A DNA stretch of 64,000 nt from an uncultured Candidatus Saccharibacteria bacterium (GCA_964358005.1 CAYHNH010000001.1:11625-75624), one strand, 5' to 3'; positions 37,194 through 45,902 are shown, numbered from the stretch's first letter. Made by a program: numbers and translations. Notes: generated by a model not told the origin, from the sequence alone.

Positions 37194-37634
37194 TTATTTC
37201 TTTGCCTCTTCTTTTGGAGTCTCGGCCGCGGCTTCCGCAGTGGCGGCAACAACTGGAACGACCTCCTCTTCGTATTTGGCGTCCATGATGCGGCGCATCT
37301 GGTGACGTATCTCCTTGGCTGCCTTGCGGCGTATGAAATACAGCTTAGCGCGGCGGACTTTCGAGCGGCGAACCATCTCGACTTCATCTATCATCGGAGA
37401 ATACAGCGGGAATATCCTTTCGACACCGACACCGTCCACTACCTTGCGTACAGTGAAAGTAGCGCCTGCTTCGGCTCCATGCTTCCTAGCGAGGACGATG
37501 CCCTCGAAGGCCTGGAGGCGGAATTTGCCCTTGGCCTCCTCGATCTTCTGCCAGACACGGACAGTATCGCCCGGACGGATGTCGATCTTCGAGCGGTGGT
37601 CTATATTCGCCGGTGTGATTACCTTGGTCGCCAT
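37194..37634 (-). CDS. rplS: 50S ribosomal protein L19
   Basis: 146 aa; L19 signature ([38 protein letters not shown]). Confidence 0.95.
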   Translation of the reverse strand: MATKVITPANIDHRSKIDIRPGDTVRVWQKIEEAKGKFRLQAFEGIVLARKHGAEAGATFTVRKVVDGVGVERIFPLYSPMIDEVEMVRRSKVRRAKLYFIRRKAAKEIRHQMRRIMDAKYEEEVVPVVAATAEAAAETPKEEAKK

Positions 37635-37668
37635 AGTGGAGCTAACTTATCATATATCCCCCAAAGAT

Positions 37669-38445
37669 TCAAGAATTGACCGGCTTTTCGATACCCAGAG
37701 CCGTGATGGCCGACTGGAAATCATCCGGCAGGGGCGCTATCACCTTTATCCTCTTGCCATTCGGGCTATTGAACTCTATAGAACCAGAATGCAGCGCTAG
37801 TCTTTCGAAGCCTAGGGCCTGCGGCCTGGTCGGCGCATACATCGAGTCCGAGACTATCGGATGCTGTGTCGCGAGCATGTGGACGCGTATCTGATGGGTG
37901 CGACCAGTCTTGGGCTCCGCCTGGATGAGCGAGAATTTCTCAGCCTTCCCGCCTACCTCGGCCTTCCCTGTCCAGAGCTTTGTCCAATACGTCTCAGCCT
38001 CGCGTGTCTCACCCCTGGTGCCACGCTGTGCCGACCACAAAGGAAAGTTCTTGCCGCTCCTGCCGATCGGCCTTTTTATAGTACCAAAATCCTCTGCCAT
38101 CTCGCCCCAAACAAAGGTCAGGTATTTCTTCGAGACTGTCCTGCCCTGGAACTGCTCCTTCAGGAAGGCGTGCGCTTCGGGCGTCTTGGCTATGAGGAGA
38201 ACGCCTGATGTGTCCTTATCCAGGCGATGCACGATCCCAGGGCGCTGTAATATCTCGCCCTCCGGCGTGCGTTGCAACTCGCCCACTTCCATGGCTTGCG
38301 GATACTTCTTTACGATCCAGTCAGTGACAAACGAACCCTCATTGCGACCGTCCGGGTGCACCATGAGACCAGCAGGCTTGTTGATGGCCACACAATCATC
38401 GTCCTCGTACAGGACAGCGATTTTGGAGATGAGGTCGTTGCTCAT
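37669..38445 (-). CDS. RluA-family pseudouridine synthase
   Basis: Catalytic HRLDKDTSG motif; 258 aa. Confidence 0.9.
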   Translation of the reverse strand: MSNDLISKIAVLYEDDDCVAINKPAGLMVHPDGRNEGSFVTDWIVKKYPQAMEVGELQRTPEGEILQRPGIVHRLDKDTSGVLLIAKTPEAHAFLKEQFQGRTVSKKYLTFVWGEMAEDFGTIKRPIGRSGKNFPLWSAQRGTRGETREAETYWTKLWTGKAEVGGKAEKFSLIQAEPKTGRTHQIRVHMLATQHPIVSDSMYAPTRPQALGFERLALHSGSIEFNSPNGKRIKVIAPLPDDFQSAITALGIEKPVNS

Positions 38446-38508
38446 GCCTTGAATATACGCTAATGTTTAGGAAATTCCTAGGAATTTGCCTCGAGTGAGG
38501 GGCGTTAC

Positions 38509-38581
38509 GCGCGATTAGCTCAGTTGGTAGAGCAATCCCTTTACACGGGAAAGGTCGCAGGTTCGAGTCCTGCATCGCGCA
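38509..38581 (+). tRNA. tRNA-Val (anticodon TAC)
   Basis: Acceptor GCGCGAT/ATCGCGC, anticodon loop TTTACAC, T-arm GCAGG-TTCGAGT-CCTGC. Confidence 0.9.
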
Positions 38582-38632
38582 CAAATGGATGTGGCCTAGA
38601 ATCGTACGATTGCAATCGGATTGCAAGACACG

Positions 38633-38658
38633 AAAAAACCCGCCGGAGCGGGTCTTTT
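38633..38658. terminator. bidirectional rho-independent terminator (tRNA-Val on +, membrane-protein gene on -)
   Basis: AAAAAA-CCCGCCGGAGCGGG-TCTTTT: hairpin flanked by A-run and T-run. Confidence 0.6.
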
Positions 38659-38686
38659 CGAAGCGTCGGATGAGATCCGACAGCTA

Positions 38687-39049
38687 TTACATCTGCGGCG
38701 CAGCCGAAGAGGAGTTCTTCGAAGTGAAACCGAGGACAGCGACGACGACACCGACGATCAGATAGAACCAATTCGTGGTCTGGTCAGTAGCGAAGATCGC
38801 TCCGAGAATGAAGTTCGACTGGAAGAAGCCGAGGATAGCCAAAACAACATAGACGATACCGACGGTCTTCAGAGCGTTGGCGGCAGCCGGCTTTCCTGCG
38901 AGAGCAAGAAGAACTATACCGACGACTACGTGGACGAGGCTCGAGAGCCAGTCAGCGGCGATGAAGCCGATAGAAGGCTGTGCGAAGAATCCCCACACGC
39001 CAGCGATGATAAAGATGACGCCAAATACCCAAGCTGATGTCTTTGCCAT
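38687..39049 (-). CDS. hypothetical 4-TM membrane protein
   Basis: 120 aa, four hydrophobic helices. Confidence 0.6.
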   Translation of the reverse strand: MAKTSAWVFGVIFIIAGVWGFFAQPSIGFIAADWLSSLVHVVVGIVLLALAGKPAAANALKTVGIVYVVLAILGFFQSNFILGAIFATDQTTNWFYLIVGVVVAVLGFTSKNSSSAAPQM

Positions 39050-39192
39050 AGTATTGCTAATATTTTAGTTAATAATTGCTAATGGTTAATAAATAACCTA
39101 AAACAATTCTAACACATAAAATAGGCCGTCAATGTCAAGTAATTCACAGCCCATAAAGCCTGTTTACACAGATAAAAGCCCGAATTCTAGTG

Positions 39193-39264
39193 TCCCCTCG
39201 GTAGGAATCGAACCTACATCTACGGCTTAGAAGTCCGCAGCTCTATCCATTGAGCTACGAGGGG
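39193..39264 (-). tRNA. tRNA-Arg (anticodon TCT)
   Basis: Acceptor CCCCTCG/CGAGGGG, D-stem GCTC/GAGC, anticodon loop CTTCTAA, T-arm GTAGG-TTCGATT-CCTAC; anticodon stem has one A-G mismatch and a G-U pair. Confidence 0.8.
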
Positions 39265-39276
39265 AGTTTTAAACAA

Positions 39277-39624
39277 CTACGGTAGGGACGGATCGCTGGG
39301 CGCATCATAATTAGCCCTTATGCGCTCGCGCCTTTTAGTCATATCCTCGAATGACGTCAGTGCCCTCACGAGAGCAGCCTCGTCAAAGACGACAGGTGGC
39401 TTTACGGGGACAGACTCATTGGCCCCGAGGGTAGCCCCAGTGCCAAGATACACTGACACGCCACCTGCGACAAGCGCAGCTGCCAGGATAAGGGCCAAGA
39501 CCAAGATCATGACCCAGTCCAGGAATGGATCGCTGGATAACTGATGCGCGAGGCTGCCCTTTGGAACCGGTCTCTTGCGGCTTTGCTCGTCCACCTTGTT
39601 GGTTTTTGATCGGAAGATGTTCAT
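39277..39624 (-). CDS. hypothetical membrane protein
   Basis: 115 aa, one TM helix; ATGA overlap with upstream pilO-like gene. Confidence 0.45.
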   Translation of the reverse strand: MNIFRSKTNKVDEQSRKRPVPKGSLAHQLSSDPFLDWVMILVLALILAAALVAGGVSVYLGTGATLGANESVPVKPPVVFDEAALVRALTSFEDMTKRRERIRANYDAPSDPSLP

Positions 39625-40175
39625 ATCTTTTGGAGGGTCGCTATGGAGATATCGAAGGTAAGGCTCCAGCGGCTGGCGCTCTTACCCGTCTCTCCGGCTT
39701 CAATCAATCCAATACTGACATTCTTGATGCTCTTCTGGTAAGAGAGAGTCTCGAAAAGCTCCAGAGCCTTCATGACTTGCCTCCACTCGCCTTTCACCAT
39801 GACTACCGAAGTGACCTTGCCTATGCGGTCTTTAACGTCTCCCGGACTGGATTTTATGGAAGAAAGCTCTACAGATGAGCCCGAATCATCTTCGATGGAC
39901 TCCATTGCCAGTATGGCATCAACGGCATTCTCAGCTGGGACGAAGAATGATAGTAGCTGTTCACGCTTAGAAGAAGAATCCTCATATAGCCTGACTACCT
40001 CTTTGCCTTGGGCCCGAGCTGCCTGGCTGGCCATGACGAGTTTCCGGGCATCCAATGTTTCCTTTACTAGGTCTGCGGTCGTTCCATACATGTAGGCATA
40101 CAGCCCTGTCGAGACCAGGAATGCTAGGACAGAGAAAGCGACCACGGTCGATTGTATGGAGTGTTTTTTCATCAT
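39621..40175 (-). CDS. PilO-like type IV pilus assembly protein
   Basis: N-terminal TM + coiled-coil + C-terminal domain; position after pilM/pilN-like genes. Confidence 0.5.
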   Translation of the reverse strand: MMKKHSIQSTVVAFSVLAFLVSTGLYAYMYGTTADLVKETLDARKLVMASQAARAQGKEVVRLYEDSSSKREQLLSFFVPAENAVDAILAMESIEDDSGSSVELSSIKSSPGDVKDRIGKVTSVVMVKGEWRQVMKALELFETLSYQKSIKNVSIGLIEAGETGKSASRWSLTFDISIATLQKI

Positions 40176-40711
40176 GGCAACTGTTTAACAAAACGTAGGT
40201 CGAAAGATGGGTTGATATTCCTTGCAAGCTGGTCTATAGGGATGTCCACCTTTGTGCCGGGCATGAGGACCTCTAATCTACCCTTGAGCATTATGAGCTC
40301 AGCCCGGGTCGGGGCCGTCCCCTTGATGGATATGCTGATGCTCTTGGCGTCAGGCCTATCTAGCTTGAAGGATAATATTTCGACAGCGCCTCGCACTGAA
40401 ACTAAGGATCGCACTACGTCAGAATAAGCGGTTGGCACACCAACAGAGAGGGCGGCGAGCAGTTTACCGTCTGCCGCTAGCCGGCCCTTTATGTCCGAGA
40501 TGTCTCTGTCTGCCTGGGTCTCCTTGATTTCATTGATGGAGCCCTGTGCGGCACCGCTGTAAAACTGTCCGCGGATAAATGCCGGGAACATGGCCACCAC
40601 CCCTACGATCATGGACACACTAAAAGCAAAAAGTGCCACGGCTAGCACCCTCAGCACATATTCGCGGTGCAATCTTTTTCTGTCTTTGAATGGTATAAGG
40701 GTGTGCTGCAT
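40172..40711 (-). CDS. PilN-like type IV pilus assembly protein
   Basis: Start set at MQHTLIPFKDRKRLHREY so it follows the pilM stop; single TM then periplasmic domain. Confidence 0.5.
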   Translation of the reverse strand: MQHTLIPFKDRKRLHREYVLRVLAVALFAFSVSMIVGVVAMFPAFIRGQFYSGAAQGSINEIKETQADRDISDIKGRLAADGKLLAALSVGVPTAYSDVVRSLVSVRGAVEILSFKLDRPDAKSISISIKGTAPTRAELIMLKGRLEVLMPGTKVDIPIDQLARNINPSFDLRFVKQLP

Positions 40712-40715
40712 ATGT

Positions 40716-41696
40716 TTAGGCTGAACGAGGAGTATCGAAAGCCAAGCCAGCCGCAACTGCATATTCGAGCGACTCTGCACGCGATATCGGCGGTATGTAC
40801 TTCTCCAGATTGGTCGCATTACACCAGACATCAGCGATCCTCACAGTTAGGGCGCCGCCGGCCATGCTGTTGAACAAAGGCTCCAGCTTTTCTGCATCTT
40901 TGCTTATGAGTAACAGTTCCTCAACGTCTTTGCCGGTGCCACGAGAGAGCCAATAGGCGCGCACCCGGTCTATCTCCCTCCCGAAATCGAGCGCGGTTGC
41001 AGTATTAGAACGATCCTGAAGCGCCGCGCTTCCCCAGGAAGAAGTCAGGGTGAAATGGATGACATTGCCGCTCACTAGATACATTCCTGTCTTCTTCGAC
41101 ATCACATGTATGAGCAGTCTGGTCTTATCCGATCCTGATGGAATGACGGCTCTAGCCAGAGCTTTTGGTGCTGTCTCGAATGAGATCGGCCGCAGCCCCG
41201 CGCTCTCTAGGAGAGACATGTAATGCTCGATATAGGTCCTCGGGACGACAGACACGCTGGCGCGGAGCGATCCTCCAGTAGCCGCATTCGGCAGAAGGTC
41301 GAAGTAGAAGACGGCATCCGCTCCAGAAAGGGGCACATTCTCCTCCAGTTTGAATTCTATGTTCTGCTCGATGGTCTTCTGATCAGTCGATGGCACATCA
41401 GTCTGAAAAAGGTAGGCTTTCTCTTCCGGGACCGACACTTTGACGTCCTTGAGAGAATTCTTCTTGCCGAAATCCCTGAGCCTTGAGATGAATTCCGACT
41501 CGTCCTTGATATCTCCTCCGGTCAAAAGCCCCGCTGGAATGTCAGTCCTGCCATAGGAGCTAACGTGGCGTGTGCCGCCGAACCCAGAATAGGATATTGC
41601 GCTTATACCATCATCTGAGATATCCAGACCGGCATGCGGCATGAGCATGAATTTGGGAGGAGGAAATAACCTGAAGAACGGCAAGGAAGAACGCAT
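40716..41696 (-). CDS. pilM: PilM-like type IV pilus assembly ATPase (actin-like fold)
   Basis: 326 aa; N-terminal AGLDISDDGISAISYS actin-fold phosphate-1 motif. Confidence 0.6.
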   Translation of the reverse strand: MRSSLPFFRLFPPPKFMLMPHAGLDISDDGISAISYSGFGGTRHVSSYGRTDIPAGLLTGGDIKDESEFISRLRDFGKKNSLKDVKVSVPEEKAYLFQTDVPSTDQKTIEQNIEFKLEENVPLSGADAVFYFDLLPNAATGGSLRASVSVVPRTYIEHYMSLLESAGLRPISFETAPKALARAVIPSGSDKTRLLIHVMSKKTGMYLVSGNVIHFTLTSSWGSAALQDRSNTATALDFGREIDRVRAYWLSRGTGKDVEELLLISKDAEKLEPLFNSMAGGALTVRIADVWCNATNLEKYIPPISRAESLEYAVAAGLAFDTPRSA

Positions 41697-41716
41697 GGCA
41701 CAATTGTAACAGAATG

Positions 41717-42325
41717 CTATTCTTTTCGCTTTCTGAATATCTCACGGAGTGCCGGCAAGGCGGATAGAACTATGATTACGCCGATGGCAGGCAGGAGGTA
41801 ACGATCCGGGTCAGGGATTATATTCCCAAATGCATAGCCGAGGCCTATAACTGAAACTGTCCAGAGAAGGCCGCCGACCACATTATAGATAAGGAAAGTC
41901 CGGTAGTTCATATTGCCTATGCCGGCCACGATCGGCGCGAATGTCCTGACGATCGGTAGGAATCTGGCCAGGATTATGGTCCGTACACCGTATTTCTCAT
42001 AGAAATGCTGGGCCCTGGCGATGTTTTTCTTGTGGAAAATGACGGAATCCTCTTTTACGAACAAGGACGGACCTACTTTTTTGCCGAAAAAATATCCGAC
42101 ATTGTCGCCTAGCACCGCGGCGACGAAGACTCCGAACATGAGCCACACGATCGGCAGATAGCCCTTGGAAGCCAGGAGGCCAGCGGTGAAGAGGAGTGAA
42201 TCTCCAGGAAGGAAAAAACCGAAAAAGAAGCCCGTCTCTACGAAAACGATGGCGATGATGCCCAACAGACCGAATGTCGAGATGATGGCCTGCGGATTTG
42301 AGATGAAGTCGATCAAAGTTTGCAT
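41717..42325 (-). CDS. DedA-family membrane protein
   Basis: DedA signature region (FLPGDSLLFTAGLLA), ~200 aa, multiple TM helices. Confidence 0.85.
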   Translation of the reverse strand: MQTLIDFISNPQAIISTFGLLGIIAIVFVETGFFFGFFLPGDSLLFTAGLLASKGYLPIVWLMFGVFVAAVLGDNVGYFFGKKVGPSLFVKEDSVIFHKKNIARAQHFYEKYGVRTIILARFLPIVRTFAPIVAGIGNMNYRTFLIYNVVGGLLWTVSVIGLGYAFGNIIPDPDRYLLPAIGVIIVLSALPALREIFRKRKE

Positions 42326-42336
42326 ATATTATTGGA

Positions 42337-42666
42337 TTATTTTGCCAGTGTGCCGGGCCTTATGGATGCATTCGGCTCGAGCAGAGAAAAATTTCCTTCT
42401 TCATCCGATATAGCGAAGAGCATGCCGTTGCTTTCGAGTCCTCTGATGACGCGCGGCTCCAGATTGGTCACGAACATGCAAGTCCTACCCACGAGGACAG
42501 AAGTATCCGGAAAATACGCCGATATTCCCGATACGATCTGTCTCGGCGAAGCCTCTGCGAAGTCGACAGATAGCCTAAGGAGCTTATCCGTGTCAGGGAT
42601 CTTTTCGGCGGAGAGTATCTTCCCGGCCTTTATCTCGACTTTTTTGAATTCTTCGTGATTTATCAT
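42337..42666 (-). CDS. stand-alone tRNA-binding protein (Trbp111/CsaA, MetRS-C-terminal-like OB fold)
   Basis: 109 aa; MetRS C-terminal/EMAP-II-like sequence (FKKVEIKAGKILSAEKIPDTDKLLRLSVDF). Confidence 0.8.
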   Translation of the reverse strand: MINHEEFKKVEIKAGKILSAEKIPDTDKLLRLSVDFAEASPRQIVSGISAYFPDTSVLVGRTCMFVTNLEPRVIRGLESNGMLFAISDEEGNFSLLEPNASIRPGTLAK

Positions 42667-43052
42667 TTGTTTTCTCTTCCTTTCCTGTCGAGGAAGCTCT
42701 GGAGTATCAGGGCGGCCGCCGAAGCGTCGATCTTGTCATGCCTGCCCTGTTCCCTTTCGGCCTGTTGTGAAGTCATGAATTCGAGCTCAAGGTATGTAAT
42801 ATAGCCTTTTTTATCCAGTTCATCCTTCAATTCTAGGATGTCCGGCAGGATCTTGTTCGCGGTCATATCATATTTGCGCGACTCTCCTATGACTATCCCT
42901 TTGGCCTCATTGTCGGCCACCAGCTTCTCGATTTCCTTGATCAGTTCGGGCGTATTCAGAATGACGGACAGCGGCATCGCGAATTTCTCCGCTTCATCCG
43001 AAAGCGCCACGCCGACGCGCTTGGAGCCATAATCGATGCCTAGATATCGCAT
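42663..43052 (-). CDS. ruvX: Holliday-junction resolvase-like protein YqgF/RuvX
   Basis: MRYLGIDYGSKRVGVALSD N-terminus; 129 aa. Confidence 0.9.
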   Translation of the reverse strand: MRYLGIDYGSKRVGVALSDEAEKFAMPLSVILNTPELIKEIEKLVADNEAKGIVIGESRKYDMTANKILPDILELKDELDKKGYITYLELEFMTSQQAEREQGRHDKIDASAAALILQSFLDRKGRENK

Positions 43053-43075
43053 CCGGATACAATATCACAAAATCA

Positions 43076-43104
43076 TTGCCGAGCCACGATTTTTGCCTTA
43101 TGAT
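43076..43104 (+). promoter_or_regulatory. sigma70-like promoter for tRNA-Ser
   Basis: TTGCCG-17 nt-TATGAT, ending 8 nt before the tRNA 5-prime end. Confidence 0.5.
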
Positions 43105-43112
43105 GGCCGGAC

Positions 43113-43202
43113 GGATGGGTGGCTGAGTGGTTTAAGGCAACAGTCTTGAAAACTGTCGTGCTCGCAAGGGCACCGTGAGTTCGAATCTCACCCCATCCGC
43201 CA
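43113..43202 (+). tRNA. tRNA-Ser (anticodon TGA), CCA encoded
   Basis: Acceptor GGATGGG/CCCATCC, anticodon arm ACAGT-CTTGAAA-ACTGT, long variable arm, T-arm GTGAG-TTCGAAT-CTCAC, discriminator G + CCA. Confidence 0.92.
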
Positions 43203-43261
43203 TATAAAACAATGCCCCATCTTGCTGGGGCTGGTGGGACTAAGAAAACAAGTCCTGCGAT

Positions 43262-43525
43262 TCAGAGGAGTGTGCACATCACGCACCCTTCTGGAAATGG
43301 GCAGTGGCTGCAATGCCTCCGCGGCTGTCCTGTGAACTTGCGTCTCCGTTTGCTTGGTGAAGCATCATGAACGGTCACATCTCGCTCGGAATGCTTGGTC
43401 ATACGAGGTTTGTCAGTAATAGATGGCATAAGGACCACCCTTCCCGACGCGACGGCACGATTAGCTTCCTCGGTGTCCCTCTTTTGCATCATCTCTTTTA
43501 CTTCTTTTTGCGTGTACATCGGCAT
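43262..43525 (-). CDS. hypothetical basic protein with C-terminal Cys cluster
   Basis: 87-aa ORF divergent from the LuxR-type regulator gene. Confidence 0.35.
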   Translation of the reverse strand: MPMYTQKEVKEMMQKRDTEEANRAVASGRVVLMPSITDKPRMTKHSERDVTVHDASPSKRRRKFTGQPRRHCSHCPFPEGCVMCTLL

Positions 43526-43600
43526 ACCTGCCTCCTTTTTAGTTGATGGTTTCCTGACACAAAACTAACAAACAACTGTAAACGTGTCCAGGTTTTCAGT

Positions 43601-43753
43601 CACCACCCTTTACTATTGTAAAGGGTGGTTCGAAGGGAGGGGTTGTCCGGCAGGCGGGAGGCAGGAAGGTGTCGGTCCACGCACCTATAACATCTTTGTT
43701 ATAGGCTTTTTACGTAAAACGACGAGATTTCCCTATAACATATATGTTATAGG
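43601..43753. promoter_or_regulatory. three perfect palindromes in the divergent intergenic region upstream of the tandem-LuxR regulator
   Basis: 43601-43628 ACCACCCTTTAC-tatt-GTAAAGGGTGGT; 43684-43705 CCTATAAC-atcttt-GTTATAGG; 43732-43753 CCTATAAC-atatat-GTTATAGG (centres 48 bp apart). A TTGACA-16-TAGACT promoter follows at 43813-43840. Confidence 0.5.
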
Positions 43754-43868
43754 TCAACGGAACTAACCCCTCTATCTGGCAAGCCGCCTGATTCGGAACT
43801 CTCGAACCCCGATTGACACTTTGCCACGCATAAGTAGACTCCCCCTTCAGAGAAATCCCCCTCATTTT

Positions 43869-44387
43869 ATGAATAGTCCTCACTCATATCGTCCTTTGAC
43901 AGACATGGAAATCAAAGTTCTCGGGTTGTTGGCAAGGGGCTACCTGATAAAGGAAGTCGCCGGAATCTTCAAGAGAAGCAAGAATAGCGTCAATGACACT
44001 ATGGCTCGAACACGCAAAAAATTGTTCGTTCCATCGTATATCAATAGCCAGACCATCCTACCGCTGCTCGCACTGCATACTGATCGGCTTGAGCGCATTC
44101 CCGAGATACCTGCGGAGCTCACTCACCGTCGGATCTGCATACTTCGCCATGTCACCTCCGGCTTGACGCAGGCTCAAACGGCAAAAGCGCTGGGGCTGTC
44201 CCGCGTCACCATCGAAAGACACATGGCAAAGATACGCTCAATCGTCGCTCGGGAACTGTGCCTCGATAATGTAAACAACGTCGAGCTCACTCACTACGCT
44301 ATAGCTCGTGGAATCACGCCTATCAAAAAGTCATATGTCGGGCTCTTCTCCAACAAGATTCCCTTTCCCTGCGCCGCCTCCGGGTAG
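43869..44387 (+). CDS. transcriptional regulator with two tandem LuxR/GerE-type HTH domains
   Basis: Two HTH regions: LTDMEIKVLGLLARGYLIKEVAGIFKRSKNSVNDTMARTRKKL and ICILRHVTSGLTQAQTAKALGLSRVTIERHMAKIRSIV; start set downstream of the predicted promoter. Confidence 0.7.
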   Translation: MNSPHSYRPLTDMEIKVLGLLARGYLIKEVAGIFKRSKNSVNDTMARTRKKLFVPSYINSQTILPLLALHTDRLERIPEIPAELTHRRICILRHVTSGLTQAQTAKALGLSRVTIERHMAKIRSIVARELCLDNVNNVELTHYAIARGITPIKKSYVGLFSNKIPFPCAASG

Positions 44388-44433
44388 GCGCTTTTTTGTT
44401 CACAGCAGAGAGCAGGCCTCGAAGCGCCATATC

Positions 44434-44508
44434 CGCTTCGCTCATATATCAACTGCGCTCGGACGCAACGCCAGCAAGCTGTCATGCATCCTCGCTTGTT
44501 GCTATAAT
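44434..44508 (+). promoter_or_regulatory. conserved ~75-bp promoter module, copy A (copy B at 58796-58870), extended -10 TGcTATAAT
   Basis: cgcttcgctcatatatcaactgcgctcggacgcaacgccagcaagctgtcatgcatcctcgcttgttgctataat; ~87% identical to the pilB upstream sequence. TATAAT ends 6 nt before the ATG at 44515 (leaderless or very short leader). Confidence 0.55.
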
Positions 44509-44514
44509 ATTCCC

Positions 44515-44979
44515 ATGGCCACTGAAGCTCTCATCTCCTGGACAGCCCCGACGCATGTACATACGGAAAAAAGACCCGACTGGTATTGGGCTGTCGGCAT
44601 AATCACGCTCGCTCTAGCGGCGGTCGCTTTCATTTTCGGCGAGATCATCACCGGCATATTCGTCATAGTCGCGGCCGTGGCCCTCGTCCTACACACGTCA
44701 CATCCACCGCAAGAGATAACCTATGAGATAAACGATCGAGGCATCCTTTTGAATGACATCTTATACCCGTTCGTGAGCCTAGACTCGTTCTGGATACCGC
44801 ATGACGAGAACCAGCCGAAGATCCTGGTCAAATCCCGCAAGCTCATCGCGCCGCTCATGATCATCCACATAGACGAAGTGGATCCCGAAGAAGTCCGTAA
44901 GATCCTCCTGAAATACATAGCCGAGACCGAACACCGCGAGCCCGTCCTGAAGAAGCTCCTGGAGTGGTTGGGGTTCTAA
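44515..44979 (+). CDS. hypothetical 2-TM membrane protein
   Basis: 154 aa; start immediately after the shared promoter module; hydrophobic helices (WYWAVGIITLALAAVAFIF, ITGIFVIVAAVALVL). Confidence 0.6.
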   Translation: MATEALISWTAPTHVHTEKRPDWYWAVGIITLALAAVAFIFGEIITGIFVIVAAVALVLHTSHPPQEITYEINDRGILLNDILYPFVSLDSFWIPHDENQPKILVKSRKLIAPLMIIHIDEVDPEEVRKILLKYIAETEHREPVLKKLLEWLGF

Positions 44980-45089
44980 GCACTCAAAACAACGCTAACC
45001 GACGTACCTCAATCAAAAAATATCGATAAGCACTAACACTCTTGCGTTTGTGTCATAGACTGATAATATGACTACAGAAAGGAGCCCCC

Positions 45090-45347
45090 GTGAAAATAAC
45101 ATCGTCTTTGCTGAATTCATTACCTCGTTTGTGGGATTGGCTGGATCGCTGGCTATGCCGCTCATTGCCTGGATCCGTCCGTTTTCTTTGGGCAAGACTA
45201 TGGGTCAGGCAGGATGAATTTCACCCTTCCCTCGACCTCCATGCAGAATATGCCGCCCACTTGGAGCCGGAAAAACTCGCCTCCTACCAGCACAATCTGA
45301 CGCGACGCAGAAACCTTGCCCACGAGCGTGACTTAGCGACAATCTAA
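45090..45347 (+). CDS. hypothetical small protein (GTG start), Trp/Arg/Leu-rich
   Basis: GGAG RBS 5 nt upstream of GTG; rho-independent terminator follows. Confidence 0.45.
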   Translation: MKITSSLLNSLPRLWDWLDRWLCRSLPGSVRFLWARLWVRQDEFHPSLDLHAEYAAHLEPEKLASYQHNLTRRRNLAHERDLATI

Positions 45348-45353
45348 AGCCCG

Positions 45354-45387
45354 ACCGCCATAGTTCAGGTCCTCCGGCGGTTTTTTT
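45354..45387 (+). terminator. rho-independent terminator
   Basis: ACCGCC-(16-nt loop)-GGCGGT followed by TTTTTTT. Confidence 0.6.
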
Positions 45388-45422
45388 GTATGTTTCAGTC
45401 ATCTCTATATCTCCCGCAAATA

Positions 45423-45452
45423 GAAAATGCCGGAAATAAATCCGGCATTTTC
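45423..45452. terminator. bidirectional hairpin terminator next to the tRNA-Arg(GCG) 3-prime end
   Basis: AAAATGCCGGA-aataaa-TCCGGCATTTT: palindromic stem flanked by A- and T-runs. Confidence 0.5.
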
Positions 45453-45460
45453 TGTTTGGG

Positions 45461-45532
45461 TGCCCCCGAGAGGAATCGAACCTCTATTGCAGGATCCGCA
45501 ATCCTGCGTCCTATCCGTTGAACGACGAGGGC
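45461..45532 (-). tRNA. tRNA-Arg (anticodon GCG as read)
   Basis: Acceptor GCCCTCG/CGGGGGC (one G-U), anticodon arm CAGGA-TTGCGGA-TCCTG, T-arm AGAGG-TTCGATT-CCTCT; U33 and purine-37 in place. Confidence 0.75.
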
Positions 45533-45537
45533 AGAAA

Positions 45538-45801
45538 CTATCCGAGCTTCGCTAGAGAAGCCGCCGCACGAGACTTGAGCCTGGCGGCCGCGTTGTCCTT
45601 GATGAAACCGGTCTTTGCGGCCTTGTCGAGATCCTGATAGAGATCAGGTAAGAGCTTCGCCGCCCCAGCCTTGTCTTTGGCTGTTACCAGCTTGCGAAAC
45701 GTATTGAGAGTGCCATCGACCTCCTTCTTGCGGCGAATATTGAAAACGCGCTTGCGCTTGGAAGCTCGGAGGGCTTTCTTGGCTGAAGATGTTATCGGCA
45801 T
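45538..45801 (-). CDS. rpsT: 30S ribosomal protein S20
   Basis: 87 aa; S20-like basic helical protein (MPITSSAKKALRASKRKRVFNIRRK). Confidence 0.93.
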   Translation of the reverse strand: MPITSSAKKALRASKRKRVFNIRRKKEVDGTLNTFRKLVTAKDKAGAAKLLPDLYQDLDKAAKTGFIKDNAAARLKSRAAASLAKLG

Positions 45802-45902
45802 GAATGTACGGAGAAAATTATCACATCATGCGTGAAAAGGCAACTCGGTTAGGGATTGACAGCCCATTTTCTGCGAGTACTCTGTAAACAGAATTACCTA
45901 TT

